A DNA stretch of 62,468 bases, the filler included, from Chrysochromulina tobinii (lineage: Eukaryota), in NCBI GenBank assembly GCA_001275005.1. It is 3 parts of 3 records of this genome, joined end to end, with 100 filler letters (N's around TTAATTAATTAA, not from the genome) between each part and the next. Parts side by side here need not be neighbours in the genome. Positions count along the whole stretch, not along the records: positions 12,562 to 31,174 come from JWZX01001331.1; positions 31,275 to 62,468 come from JWZX01001332.1; 1 more part is not named here. One strand, given 5' to 3'. Below, one piece after another: positions 21,837 through 32,926 of this stretch (the first letter of the stretch is position 1; every line of letters begins with the position of its first letter). The translations under genes and the position numbers were made by a program. The notes below the pieces were generated by a model. That model searched no databases and had not been told where the DNA came from. It saw only the letters and a program-made list of their open reading frames with translations.

Positions 21837-24005
21837 GGTGCTTGGCCTCGTTCTCGCTGTCACCGCGACGCGCGCAATCCACGTCGAGGTTGATGCGGTG
21901 CAGCTGGGCGTCACCGTGCACACCGATGACCCGCCGCTGCACCGCATCAATCCGCTCTACGTGGGCTGCCACAGCGACAGCGGCTTCACGCACCAGCGCG
22001 GGCGGCGAGCCGACGTACGCGGCGCTGCACAACCGCGGGCTGGGGAACGAGGGGCTTTACTTTGAGGAAGCCAAGCCGTACGAGGGCTTCCTCTTCCGCC
22101 AAATGCAACGGCAGCGCCGCCACGCTCGTCGCGCGGCTCGAGAGCCTTGGCGGCAGGGTGCTCTGATGACGCCCTAATGGCGCCCTAATGACGCCCTAAT
22201 GACGCCCTGATGGCGGCAGTGTGCTCGCAGAGCACACCTTCGAGTTGCTCTCGACGGACTGCGGCACGTGGACGAAGCTCGACGTTCCCCGCGCGCCGTG
22301 CATGCAAGTGCTCACCACGGCGCGGAATGCGGCACGTGGACGAAGCTCGACGTTGCCCGCGCGCCGTGCATGCCAGTGCTCACCACGGCGCGGAATGCGG
22401 CACGTGGACGAAGCTCGACGTTGCCCGCGCGCCGTGCATGCCAGTGCTCACCACGGCGCCCGCCCCTCCTGCACAGGCACGTGGACGAAGCTCGACTTTG
22501 CCCTCGCGCCCAAGACGGGCCCGAGCAAGGCCACTCGTGCGTTCGGTGTGGCGGACGGTTTACCATCGGCCTGACCACTGTGGGGGGTGTGCTCCTCGAT
22601 TTCGTCGTCCTGCAGCCTGGCCCGTGGGGTAGGCTCACTTCAGTTGATGGCGCGCCCCGGCCGGTGCGCAGATGGCCTCCCTGATGGCCTCCCTGATGAC
22701 CTCCCCGATGGCCTCCCTGATGACCTCCCTGATGGCCTCCCTGATTAACGTCGATGGCACGCCCTTGCCGGAGCGCAAACCAAATCATGGTTGATGCCAT
22801 CTGATCGCCTCTGATCGCCTCTGATCGCCTCTGATCGCCTCTGATGACCTCTGATGACCCCTGATGACCTTTGATGGCCTCTGAGGATGGCCGATCGCCT
22901 CCCTCATCAGGTACGCAAGCCAGTCGCCGACGCGCTGCGTGCCATGGGTACAGCCACGCTACGCTGCGTGTGGGTGGCTCCTTCGCCTCCGTCACCGGCT
23001 GGCCGGATGGGGGCGGCTTCACACCGGATGAGGGCTTCACACCGGATGGAGGCTTCACACCGGATGGAGGCTTCACACCGGATGGAGGCTTCACACCGGA
23101 TGGAGGCTTCACACCGGATGGGGGCGGCTTCACACCGGACTCGACCGTCTCGGGTACGTACTACCAGTGGCAGCTGCGAGTGCCTCTTCCACAGCTTTGA
23201 AGCCCAAGCTTTGAACTTGAGTGCCTTGTGCGAGCGATTGAGATGATGTCGGCAAACCAAATAATAATCTATCCCACTGACGGACTGCAAAGTCTTTGTG
23301 ATAGACGAACACAGCTCGCCACTGATCACCGCTCATGGCGCCTTGATGCCCTGATGATGCCCTGATGATGCCTGATGACGCCCTAATGACGCCCTGATGA
23401 CGCCCTGATGACGCCCTGATGACGCTCTGATGACGCCCTGATGATGCCCGCTTACTCCTGTAACGCTCTGATTGCGCGCGCGCCCGTCCTCCCAAATATG
23501 GTAGCGGTGGACCGGCCCGATTTGGAAGCGTCCGAGCGTGGTGTGGAATGCGTACCCAAATATGGTGACTCGTACTCGCTCATTGGGGGCTGGGGGCCAT
23601 TTAATTTCATCGACATGTGCGCGGCCCTGGGCATCGAACCGCCTCTGATGACCTCTGATGGGCTCTGATGACCACTGATGACCTCTGATGGGCTCTGATG
23701 GGCTCTAATGGCCTCCCTCATTAGGTGGCAGCGATGGAAGCGCGTTGCCTCCCTCGATCTGAACGGCACGCTGCGCTACATCTTCCCCGACAATGGCGGA
23801 CTCAATGCAATCAGAGGCAATCAGAGGCAATCAGAGGCAATCAGAGACAATTGCGGACTCAATGCGGACGACGTGATGAAGGCCAAAGCGCTCGGCATCG
23901 ACGCTCAGATTGCGGCCGAGATTCACGTGGGAGCCGGCGGAGGGCTCGACGAGGCTGCGCACCTCTTCGCCCGCCACCCCGACTTCCACCAATCTGCGGT
24001 CAACC
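21830..24005 (+). pseudogene. Decayed GH51-like (alpha-L-arabinofuranosidase-type) glycoside hydrolase
   Basis: Colinear fragments in shifting frames: INPLYVGCHSDSGFTHQ, NRGLGNEGLYFE, FVVLQPGPWGR, LRVGGSF, YYQWQ, RWTGPIWKRPS, LIGGWGPFNFIDMCAALGIEP, IHVGAGGG; several deletions, frameshifts and repeat insertions. Confidence 0.55.
23003..23139 (+). repeat. 18-bp coding minisatellite (GGCTTCACACCGGATGGA)n
   Basis: About 7 tandem units encoding GFTPDG. Confidence 0.9.
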
Positions 24006-24417
24006 GACGGCGAGGTTGACATGTACAGGCTCCTCTTTCCGAGGGAGGTTAGAGGTAAAGCCGGGATATAATCATTGTTGAGCACGGTGATGGGATCTTC
24101 TGCCTGTACCACCAGAATTACGCCATGCTCGACTTCATTTTAATAAATAGCGCCGAGTTGGGACGAGTCGGTGAGGACGATCTGCCTTGGTCTCAGTTCG
24201 ATTCAACCTAAATCGGGTCACACAAATCACAATTCTAGGTGTTCCCTAATTGGTTAATGTGTCGGCTTGCATGCAACTGTCTCTCAGGAGACGGGTAGGC
24301 ACCGATATGGCGCTACACTTTTATTAAGGACTGGGTCCGAAAAGCGAATCCTTCCGTTCGGACATGACGCTACCATGGATCGCTCTACGCAACTCGCGCG
24401 TGCTTAGTTTGATAGTT

Positions 24418-26313
24418 TCAGAATCCGACGCCTGCACCTTGATCCGCGGCTGAATCTTGTGACGGTGGAAGGACCTCTTCAGCCGCTACCTGGCTCCGCT
24501 TGGGCGGTGGCTTCTTCTTCGGCAGGGGCGGAGCCTCGAGCGTCGTCTCGGTTGCTGAGGCGGGCTCGGCGGATGACGCTGACTCCGTCGCCGCCTCCAC
24601 CCCGAGCACTCCCACCGCCTTCGGCTTCTTAGGTGGCGGCGGCTTCTTCGTTTTTGCTGGCGCCTCGGCCTCAGGCTCGGCTGTCCGGTCGGCTCCTGGC
24701 GCGGCTACCGCTTCGTCCGTCGCCTTGGCACGCTTTGGAGGGGGCGGTTTCTTTGGTGGCGGCGCTGCCGCCGCGTCCGCTTCCGCCGCCCCGTGCGCCG
24801 CCTCCGACTTGGCTCTTTTGGGTGGAGGAGCTCGCTTCGGTGGAACAGCCTCCGCATTCACCGCGTCCACCGCGCCGGCCAGATTCGTGCGCTTTGGCGG
24901 CGGCGCCCGCTTGGGCGGCGGCACCCCCACCCCGTCACTGCGAATCTGAAGCATCTTGATTTCCTGCTGTCCAAGACCCGATGTCAGAGACTCTGGACCG
25001 GTCAGATGGGGAGATGTGATCTCCGCCGCGCCGCCCGACACCACCGACTTGGAGCGTTTGGGGGGCGGCGGAAGGCGCTTTGGGGGCGCCGCCACTGCAT
25101 TCACCGCATTCAACGCGCCCACCGTGGCCGCCGATTTCGTGCGCTTTGGCGGAGGCGGCCTTCTGGGAGGCGGAGGTGCCGAGCCATCATCCGCTGCTCT
25201 CGGCGACAACGCGCCTACCGCCCGGATCTGCCGCAGTTTCGCCTCTTCTCGACCGAGAATCTCGCTCGCAGATGCCGCAGGATGCGCCATTGGCATGTCA
25301 ACAGCAGCGCCCGAGGGCGCATACATCCACGAGAATCGCGGCGGACGACGCGTCGTCTGGGCGCCCGCGAGATCGCGTTTGAGATCGCGTTTGGGGCACG
25401 CGAGGCTCTTGCCGTCGCCGACCCTTCTCATGAGCTCATCGACGCTCGGCACGCCCACGACCTTGACGTGCTTTCGAATGTCCGTGTCGAGCTTTCGTTC
25501 ATGCCCAGCGAGGTCCATCCGGGCTCCGAGGGACCACGTTGCTGGCCGGTGGCGATACATGCAGTTGCAGAAGTAGAAGCACAGCACCAGGAACAGCACG
25601 CTAAGCACGATGGCCGCCACGGCGCCCGCGACCAAGTAGCTGGAGCCAAACCGCGACCAAGTAGCTGGTGGAAGTGAAGGCGGCGATGGAGGCGACGGCG
25701 CGGCAGGCAGCGCATACACCTCCAGCTCCGCGATCGTGAGTGGCAGGGCGCTCCGCTGCACCACGGTCACAAAGCGTCCCCACGTGCCAGCAAAGCAGTC
25801 CGCTCGCAGGACGCCACGATGCAAGGGCGGCGGCGACGGCGACGGTGCTGATGCACATGCCGTCGATGGCAGCACGCAGGGTCTGGCACTGATGGCAGTA
25901 TCGCCGTGGGCATGGCTGCTCACCCATATTTCCATGCAGCTCGCGGTGTAGAAGGCATCTGGCCGGTTGTACAGCAGCACCGATCCAATTTGTGAGCCAT
26001 CGGGCACCTCCACTGACATCCATTTACTGCTCGTGCCAGATGAGGCACCGAAACTGTCCCAGTCCGAGTCGATCGCCTTCTCAGCTGGTTGACTAGGCGT
26101 GAGCGCGCTGCTCGCAGCACTCTCACGAGTGAGCACCTGCAGCGGGAGTGGGTACAACTCCGCAGAGGCCCACACAGTCAGGTTGCCTCCGCGCCAAGGG
26201 CGGATGGAGTTGAGAAACCCCTCCATCCGACCACAGAACCGTCTACAAGAAGAGAGAGAGGCACCTTCAACCGCCGCTGATGGCGTGTGAACGTGAACTC
26301 GACGGAGGGACAA
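24418..26313 (-). CDS. Single-pass membrane protein: galactose-binding-like (F5/8 or fucolectin-type) domain, TM helix, cytosolic PPPK(R/K) repeats
   Basis: AEKAIDSD..KWMSVEV..IGSVLLYNR..GRFVTV..LTIAELEVY, then the hydrophobic LVAGAVAAIVLSVLFLVLCFYFC and many PPPK(R/K) motifs; 5' end uncertain. Confidence 0.65.
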   Translation of the reverse strand: MSLRRVHVHTPSAAVEGASLSSCRRFCGRMEGFLNSIRPWRGGNLTVWASAELYPLPLQVLTRESAASSALTPSQPAEKAIDSDWDSFGASSGTSSKWMSVEVPDGSQIGSVLLYNRPDAFYTASCMEIWVSSHAHGDTAISARPCVLPSTACASAPSPSPPPLHRGVLRADCFAGTWGRFVTVVQRSALPLTIAELEVYALPAAPSPPSPPSLPPATWSRFGSSYLVAGAVAAIVLSVLFLVLCFYFCNCMYRHRPATWSLGARMDLAGHERKLDTDIRKHVKVVGVPSVDELMRRVGDGKSLACPKRDLKRDLAGAQTTRRPPRFSWMYAPSGAAVDMPMAHPAASASEILGREEAKLRQIRAVGALSPRAADDGSAPPPPRRPPPPKRTKSAATVGALNAVNAVAAPPKRLPPPPKRSKSVVSGGAAEITSPHLTGPESLTSGLGQQEIKMLQIRSDGVGVPPPKRAPPPKRTNLAGAVDAVNAEAVPPKRAPPPKRAKSEAAHGAAEADAAAAPPPKKPPPPKRAKATDEAVAAPGADRTAEPEAEAPAKTKKPPPPKKPKAVGVLGVEAATESASSAEPASATETTLEAPPLPKKKPPPKRSQVAAEEVLPPSQDSAADQGAGVGF

Positions 26314-26589
26314 CCTACAGCTCAGTTACTGCCTGCTCAGAATACACGGGTGTGTGTGAACTGGCTGTTATACTCGGCCGCCTACTACATTCTTTGGATC
26401 TCGGAATCTATGGTACCCGGTAGGGCACGCAGGAAGGCAGGATTCTTCTCAGGAGATGAGGTTGAGGAGGGCAAGGAGTAGGGGCGTGGGCCTCCAGATA
26501 TGGGGTTCGTTGAGGAAGTCTGTGAATAGGTCCAGAGTTGACTTGACTTGACTTGAACTTGACTAGGCTTCCAAATTTGGACAGAGCGC

Positions 26590-28695
26590 ATGTCTGCACT
26601 TATACCGAATGAGCTTGAGCTTGTCGAGCAGCCTGCGTCGGGATTTGGGCTCTTAAATCGCGCGAATAATTCGGAACGCCTCGCCTTCGGATACCAGGCG
26701 CCCTCAGCGTGCTACTTTACGGATGAAACGATCGAGCTGCCTGGCGGGCTCGTGTGCCGCAAGCCACCGCCCTTTGCACAACCAAAGGCGCGACTGCCTT
26801 TGCTCACATCGGCGACCGGCGCCAAGCCGCTGCTCAGCGCAGCGCTGGCGCGGAAGCACGCGTCATCGGACAATATGCTCATCGTGACGTACGTGAATCG
26901 CGTGCGCGTCGACTTTGCACTTGCATGGGTGCGCCACCTCACGGCCTTGAAGCAGCCGCACCACCTCGTGGCCGCGCTGGACGGGGACGCGCTCGCAGCC
27001 CTCGAGGCCCACGGTGTGGCCACTTACCTTTTGAACTACTCGATGCTCGGCGGCGACGACACGGGGTGGGGAACGCAAGCGTTCCGCAAGCTTGGGCTTG
27101 TCAAGGTTCAAATGGTCCTTGACTTGGCGCGCACTGGCGTCGACACCCTCACCGTCGACGCGGACGCCATCATCCTGCGCGACCCGCTGCCATACTTTCG
27201 CCGGTACCCGCAGGCCGACGTGCTCATGAGCTCAGACCACCTCAATGCCACCAACGGCTATGATGACGACGGGCTCGAGAGCGAGGATGCCTTTGGCAGC
27301 GCGTTCAACATTGGGTTCATCTTCATTCGTAGCCGCGCGGTCGAATTCGTCCAAGCGTGGCGCGACGCATGCTTTGAGCATGCGAGCTCCTGGGACCAGC
27401 AGCTGTTCGCCGACGTGCTGCGCCGCGACGACGGCGGCGAGGCCGGCAGCGCCTCGGGGCCACGAACCGTCCGACGTACCGACCGTTTGGTACCGATGAG
27501 ATTCCGCACGAGCGTGGGCATGCCAGTCCTCGCGGGCGTATTGCCTGTGGCGCTCTTCGCTTCTGGACACACGTACTTCGTGCAGCGGATGGCGCACAGG
27601 ATGCGCACGACGCCCTACATGGTGCACGCGACCTTCCAATACGGTGGTTCGCAAGGCAAGCGCCATCGGCTCCGTGAGGCAATGATATGGGAGGATGAGC
27701 CTGAGTACTACACGACGCGGATGCTCTCCTATGAAGCGGACGTGCCATCAGAGCTCGTGTACCCGGCAGCACGGGCGACGCGCCGTCTGCACGCGCGACG
27801 CGCCGGCAGCACGCCCGATGCGCCGGTGTGCAACCAGAGCCAAGGCGAGCCCATGACCGTCGAGGATCACTTTCGGCTCGTGAACCACCAGCTGCGTCAG
27901 CTACGCAACGCGCTCGCGCTAGCTCAGGCGCTCGGCCGCGTGCTCATCTTACCGCGGCTCGTGTGTGGGCTGGACCGATGGTGGGCGCCGCACAAGGGCA
28001 ACATCCCGGGTGCGGACACGCGGCTGCCGCTGCTCGAGTGCCCTGCGGACCACGTCATTGACCTTGAGGCGATGGGCAAGCCCGAGGCTTTGCTCCGCGA
28101 GCACAGCATCCTGTGCAACCCGCGCATGCCCGCTGCCGCCCTGCGCGAGGCCGCACACGAGAGGCTCCCGGTGAGGCTCCCGGGTGTCGGCTGGACGTTT
28201 GGCTCCGGAGAGGAGGGCAACGGGGGGACGAGCGGCGGCGGCAGCAGCAACGATGGCGAGGGCATGGCGACACGCATCAGCGACCTCCTCTACCGACAGG
28301 GCACGCACGACGAGCTCTATGCCCAAGCCCAGCACCGGCGGCTCGCCGTTGCCAAGCTCCTCGGGCGCCTGGACCAGCAGTACGCGAAGACGGCCGTGCT
28401 CAAAGTCTCCGGCCCGCTGCCCGACTATCGCGATCTGCTGGGCGGCGAGGGTCGCTCTGGGGATGCGGAAGACGAGGACGCTGACACCGTCGTGCGCGCG
28501 CACGCGGGTGCGAACGCGGTCGGCCCATTTGAGAGGACGGTGGAGTCGTGGGCGTCGCTGTGGTGCTGTAAGAATCCGCCGGGCGGCAAAGGGGCCGGGC
28601 ACATATGGTATGACTTCCTTTGGGACGTGGTGCCGCACCACGATCGGCACCGGCGGATCTGGAAGGAACCGTGGAAGCCAATCATGGGTCCCTGA
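26590..28695 (+). CDS. Nucleotide-diphospho-sugar transferase (GT77), similar to arabinosyltransferase XEG113
   Basis: DxD motif (VDADAIILRDP), WDQQLF, HATFQYGGSQGKRHRLREAM, HFRLVNHQL..LILPRLVCGLDRWW, CPADHVID, WCC..GHIWYD. Confidence 0.8.
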   Translation: MSALIPNELELVEQPASGFGLLNRANNSERLAFGYQAPSACYFTDETIELPGGLVCRKPPPFAQPKARLPLLTSATGAKPLLSAALARKHASSDNMLIVTYVNRVRVDFALAWVRHLTALKQPHHLVAALDGDALAALEAHGVATYLLNYSMLGGDDTGWGTQAFRKLGLVKVQMVLDLARTGVDTLTVDADAIILRDPLPYFRRYPQADVLMSSDHLNATNGYDDDGLESEDAFGSAFNIGFIFIRSRAVEFVQAWRDACFEHASSWDQQLFADVLRRDDGGEAGSASGPRTVRRTDRLVPMRFRTSVGMPVLAGVLPVALFASGHTYFVQRMAHRMRTTPYMVHATFQYGGSQGKRHRLREAMIWEDEPEYYTTRMLSYEADVPSELVYPAARATRRLHARRAGSTPDAPVCNQSQGEPMTVEDHFRLVNHQLRQLRNALALAQALGRVLILPRLVCGLDRWWAPHKGNIPGADTRLPLLECPADHVIDLEAMGKPEALLREHSILCNPRMPAAALREAAHERLPVRLPGVGWTFGSGEEGNGGTSGGGSSNDGEGMATRISDLLYRQGTHDELYAQAQHRRLAVAKLLGRLDQQYAKTAVLKVSGPLPDYRDLLGGEGRSGDAEDEDADTVVRAHAGANAVGPFERTVESWASLWCCKNPPGGKGAGHIWYDFLWDVVPHHDRHRRIWKEPWKPIMGP

Positions 28696-29105
28696 AGGGC
28701 TCGATCATTACGGCCAGATCACGGCGCTCGAGTGGCGCAGTGCCAGTGCTCGACACGTTTCCGACGTAGCGCGCTAGCCGCCCGGCGGCGCGGCGGGGTG
28801 CGGGGACGCGACACCGCAGTCCGCGCGCCGCTGCGCGGCTCGGCGCTCGCGGGTTAGGGGTGTTCGCTCCCCACCCGGACCCTTTACGCCCCGAGCTTTA
28901 ATTTTTTTCAGGTTGACTTAGGGCCCATCCAACCTACACCTGGAGCGTTGGGAATTGAATGCGATTCACGTCATAAAAAAGCGACCTGCTCATAGGAACA
29001 GCGACGATCCCTACGGTGACGCGTGTGAGTTCCCCGTGGGAAAAGCATGCCCATCCGGGACAGGGGTGAGCCTATAGGGGTACACAGCAACACAGGGATC
29101 ACGCG

Positions 29106-30908
29106 CTAGTCGGCGAACGCGTGGAACGCGTCCTTGATCTCCTGGTTGAGCGCCTTGAAGTGCGCCACGAGCTTGGCCTCGCCGTCCCCGGGGAGCTGGA
29201 ACTTCTGCGAGACGATCTTGTAGATGGTGTCGTTCATGGTGGTCTTGATGCGATGGCACGTGATCTTGTTCTCGGCGGTCGAGTTCTCGATCGCCTTCTT
29301 GGCGAGATTATAGAACTCGACGATGTTGAGCATCATCCAGACTGACTTGTAAAAGGGGCACACTCGATCGTACTCGGAGAAGCCGTTCTGCTGCAGGTAG
29401 TCATCCTTGATGATCTTGGCGACCTCGAGGATGAGCTTGTCGCTCTCAGCGAGCGAGTCCTTGCCGACGAGCTGCACGATCTCGGTCAGGTCGTCCTCGG
29501 TCTGCAGGATCTCCTTGCACACGGTGCGCATGGGCGGGAACTGAGGGTAGTTGACCTCGTACCACGGGTCCAGAGCACGCAGGTACTTTGAGTACGAGAG
29601 CAGCCAGTGGAGCGAAGGGAAGTGCTTGCGCTGGGCGAGCTTCTTGTCAAGCCCCCAGAAGACCTGCACAATGCCCAGGGTGGCGGCGCACACGGGGTCC
29701 GAGAAGTCGCCACCGGGGGGCGAGACGGCGCCGACGATGGAGATGGAGCCGATGCGTTCCGGCGTGCCCATCAGAGTGGCCTTGCCCGAGCGTTCGTAGA
29801 AGGAGGCGAGGCGGGCGCCGAGGTAGGCGGGGTAGCCCGAATCGGCGGGCATCTCGGCCAGACGGCCAGAGATCTCACGCAGCGCCTCAGCCCAGCGCGA
29901 GGTCGAGTCGGCCATCATGGATGCGTCCATGCCCATGTCGCGCATGTACTCGGCCATCGTGATGCCCGTATAAATGGAGGCCTCGCGGGCGGCGACGGGC
30001 ATGTTCGAGGTGTTCGCAACGAGGGTGGTGCGCTTCATGATCGACTCTTGCTTGCCGTTCACCTCCATCGTCAGCTCAGGGAAGTCCTTGAGCACCTCCG
30101 CCATCTCGTTGCCACGCTCGCCGCAGCCGACGTAAATGATGCAATCAGAATTGGAGTACTTGGACAAGGCCTGCGAGATGACGGTCTTGCCGCAGCCAAA
30201 GGCGCCGGGCACGGCGCAGGTGCCGCCGAGCACCGACGGGAAGAGCGCGTCGATGACCCGCTGGCCGGTCAGCAGCGGCGCGTCGCCCGCAAGCTTCTCA
30301 GTGACGGGGCGCGGGGTGCGCACGGGCCAGAACTGCTGCATCGTGTGCTGCGTCTCTTTGCCCTCGAACATGGTCTTCATGACGCACGACTCGATGGTGT
30401 ACGAGCCCTTGGGGGCCACGTAGGTGACCTTGCCCGCCGTGCCGTGCTTGAGCATGATCTTGTGCAGGATGATGTTGTTCTCCTGGACCTCGCCGATGAT
30501 GTCGCCGCCGGACACGACGTCGCCGACCTTGACGCCGGTTGGCACAAAGAGCCAGTCCTTGTCGTTGTCGAGGGCAGCGGCGGAGATGCCGCGGGGAATG
30601 TAGATGGACTGGGTGAGCTCGGCGATCTTCTCGAGCGGGCGCTGAATACCGTCGTAGATGCGACCCATGCAGCCAGGGCCAAGCTGCAGCGAAAGCGGCT
30701 GGCCCGTGCAGGTGACGGGGTCGCCCACGGTCAGACCGGAGGTCTCCTCGTACACCTGGATGGTAGCGCGGTCCTCCTCAAGACGGATGATCTCGCCCAC
30801 AAGGCTGTTGTGGCCGACGCGCACGAGCTCGTACATCGCCGCGCCGAGCATATTATCGGCGATAACGACGGGGCCGGAGACGGAGTACACACCACCGACG
30901 CGCGCCAT
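29106..30908 (-). CDS. ATP6V1A: V-type H+-ATPase catalytic subunit A (600 aa, no intein); probable 5'-UTR intron 30920-31013
   Basis: VSGPVV, Walker [54 protein letters not shown]. Confidence 0.97.
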   Translation of the reverse strand: MARVGGVYSVSGPVVIADNMLGAAMYELVRVGHNSLVGEIIRLEEDRATIQVYEETSGLTVGDPVTCTGQPLSLQLGPGCMGRIYDGIQRPLEKIAELTQSIYIPRGISAAALDNDKDWLFVPTGVKVGDVVSGGDIIGEVQENNIILHKIMLKHGTAGKVTYVAPKGSYTIESCVMKTMFEGKETQHTMQQFWPVRTPRPVTEKLAGDAPLLTGQRVIDALFPSVLGGTCAVPGAFGCGKTVISQALSKYSNSDCIIYVGCGERGNEMAEVLKDFPELTMEVNGKQESIMKRTTLVANTSNMPVAAREASIYTGITMAEYMRDMGMDASMMADSTSRWAEALREISGRLAEMPADSGYPAYLGARLASFYERSGKATLMGTPERIGSISIVGAVSPPGGDFSDPVCAATLGIVQVFWGLDKKLAQRKHFPSLHWLLSYSKYLRALDPWYEVNYPQFPPMRTVCKEILQTEDDLTEIVQLVGKDSLAESDKLILEVAKIIKDDYLQQNGFSEYDRVCPFYKSVWMMLNIVEFYNLAKKAIENSTAENKITCHRIKTTMNDTIYKIVSQKFQLPGDGEAKLVAHFKALNQEIKDAFHAFAD

Positions 30909-31174
30909 GGCTGCTTGTTCTGCGCAAGGGATGGTGTGCCAGGGAGGGTCTCAGCGAGTGTCGGAGGCAACCAGGCCACGGCACGCGCAGGCGTCGCGCA
31001 GAGACTGACTCACGAAGAGGACACTCTCGCAACAAGGTGCTGAGTGTGAATGTGATTACAAAACACCAATCCAGCTTTTCCGGCCACGGGGATGCGCTAT
31101 GTCTTCGGCGCTCGCTACTCTCCAACAGAGACGACGCTGGCTAACTCGGCAACGCCGCTGCCTGGACCTGATCC

Positions 31175-31274
31175 NNNNNNNNNNNNNNNNNNNNNNNNNN
31201 NNNNNNNNNNNNNNNNNNTTAATTAATTAANNNNNNNNNNNNNNNNNNNNNNNNNNNNNNNNNNNNNNNNNNNN
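31175..31274. other. Artificial scaffold gap or linker
   Basis: N44 + TTAATTAATTAA + N44. Confidence 0.97.
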
Positions 31275-32102
31275 GCCGCGCCCGCCGCCGCGCCCGCCGC
31301 CGCGCCCGCCGCCGCCCCCGACACCGCGCCCGCTGTCGCGCCCGCCATCGCCGCGCCCGCTGCCTCGCCCCTTGCCGGCGGCGGAGGCAGGAGCAGTCTT
31401 GGAGCCACGGGCCATCTCGAGGCCAGCGCCGCGCTCCTTGGGCGGCATCGCCTCTTCGGTCACGTCTTCACCATCATCATCGTCCGCATCCGCTGCAGGT
31501 GTCGCCGCCTCCCACGCGCTTCTCGGCCCGCTCACTCCTCGCGGAGCACGTCGGACCTCTGGAGCTTTGGAGTAGGCCGCTGCTGGCTCGGAGTCGACAT
31601 CCTCGACGACCATGCGAGGAACTGCCGATGGAGGCTTGCCCTCATCACCCTCCTCGTTCCCGTCCTCCTCGTCCTCGTCCTCTTCCTCGTCCTCGTCCTC
31701 GTCGTCCTCGTCCTCCTCGTCCTCATCGTCTGCCATGGTCGGAAGCTCTGACCGGACACCGCTAAAGATTTGCTTCATCTGCGAGCGGAGGCTGTTGTGG
31801 AAGATGTTGAAATCGGAGGGCGGGGCGTCGTCGGACGCATCCGCAGGATCTGCGGCGTCCGCGAAGCTAGCGCATGCGAGCAGGTCGAGCTCTGCCCAGC
31901 GCTGGCGGCACGCGGCAGCATCGCAGTGCTGAAGAGCCGGATGCCGCAGACGAAGCTCGTTTGACGCGGCAGCGAAATCGAATAGATGTCGCCGAACGGC
32001 GAGCGCCAGCACCTCGTCGAGCTCAGCCGTCCAGGTGCTCGTCTGCGAGGGCAGCCGTCCGCCAAGCGCAGGGTGTAAGAGCAGGGAGTGGCTCTCCATC
32101 AT
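31275..32102 (-). CDS. 3'-truncated protein with an N-terminal Myb/SANT-like domain, acidic tract and RGG repeats
   Basis: WTAELDEVL...FDF...CRQRW spacing resembles a Myb repeat; poly-D/E tract; GGGRGG run reaching the gap. Confidence 0.55.
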
Positions 32103-32275
32103 GTCCTCGGACTTCTCGGTCGTTAGGTTCGCTGGAGAAGGAGCCGCAAACGGTTTCGCGGACGCTACATGTATCTTGCAAATGGACCGTTGGTTAAGGG
32201 CGCCCCCGTTTTTCGCGACTCCCGCTACATGTTCAAAGTCACGCCCGGAACAGCGCCAGGCCGTTCGCAAAAGAA

Positions 32276-32926
32276 ATGGTGGCCATTTCTTCTCCGATTG
32301 CTCCAGACTGCCTTTTCTGACGGCTCACTCGCGAGTGGCCCAACTCTTGCATGCGCAGGCGGCTCGCGGGAAGCTGATGCTCAGCGAGCAGCAGCGCAGC
32401 GAAATCCGACAGGCCTTTGATCTCTTCGACGCAGAGGGGCAGGGTGTGATCGATGCAACTGCACTTAAAGTGGTGCTCCGTGCGCTCGGCTTCGAGCCGC
32501 GCAAGGAAGAGGTGAGGGCTATGATCGCGTCGGTGGATAAAAGCGAGAATAAGGAGGGGTTCATTGATTTCAACGAATTCCTGGAGCTGCTGCAGCAAAA
32601 GATGTGCGAAAAGGACACCAAGGAGGTGTGCCCCCGCGAGCCCACGCTCGTGGACCAGACCAGACGATTGCGCGACCGAGGACGTGCGCGAACGACCGTC
32701 CCCATCCCATGCTGGTGCGCAGGACGCGATGCGTGCCTTCAGGCAGTTCGACCTCGACCATCAGGGCCGCATCTCGTGCGCCAACCTGCAGGTCGTGGCT
32801 CGAGAGCTCGGTGAGACCATGACTGACGAGGAGATCGAGGAGATGATCATCGCGGCCGACCTCGACAAGGACGGCTTCATCAATGAGGCTGAGTTTATGA
32901 GGATACTCAAAAAGGGCGTCTCATAG
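32276..32926 (+). CDS. Centrin (caltractin)-like EF-hand protein
   Basis: [31 protein letters not shown]; intron 32626-32722 joins KDTKE to [37 protein letters not shown]; start either ATG 32276 with intron 32279-32358 or ATG 32377. Confidence 0.9.

Noticed and set aside
29106..30908. Possible VMA1-type intein in V-ATPase A
   Set aside because: [11 protein letters not shown] is contiguous and the protein is a normal 600 aa
29607..31043. Long antisense ORFs (also 41307-43268, 41732-43054, 36319-37521)
   Set aside because: Shadow ORFs of GC-rich genes with strong codon bias; no recognisable motifs
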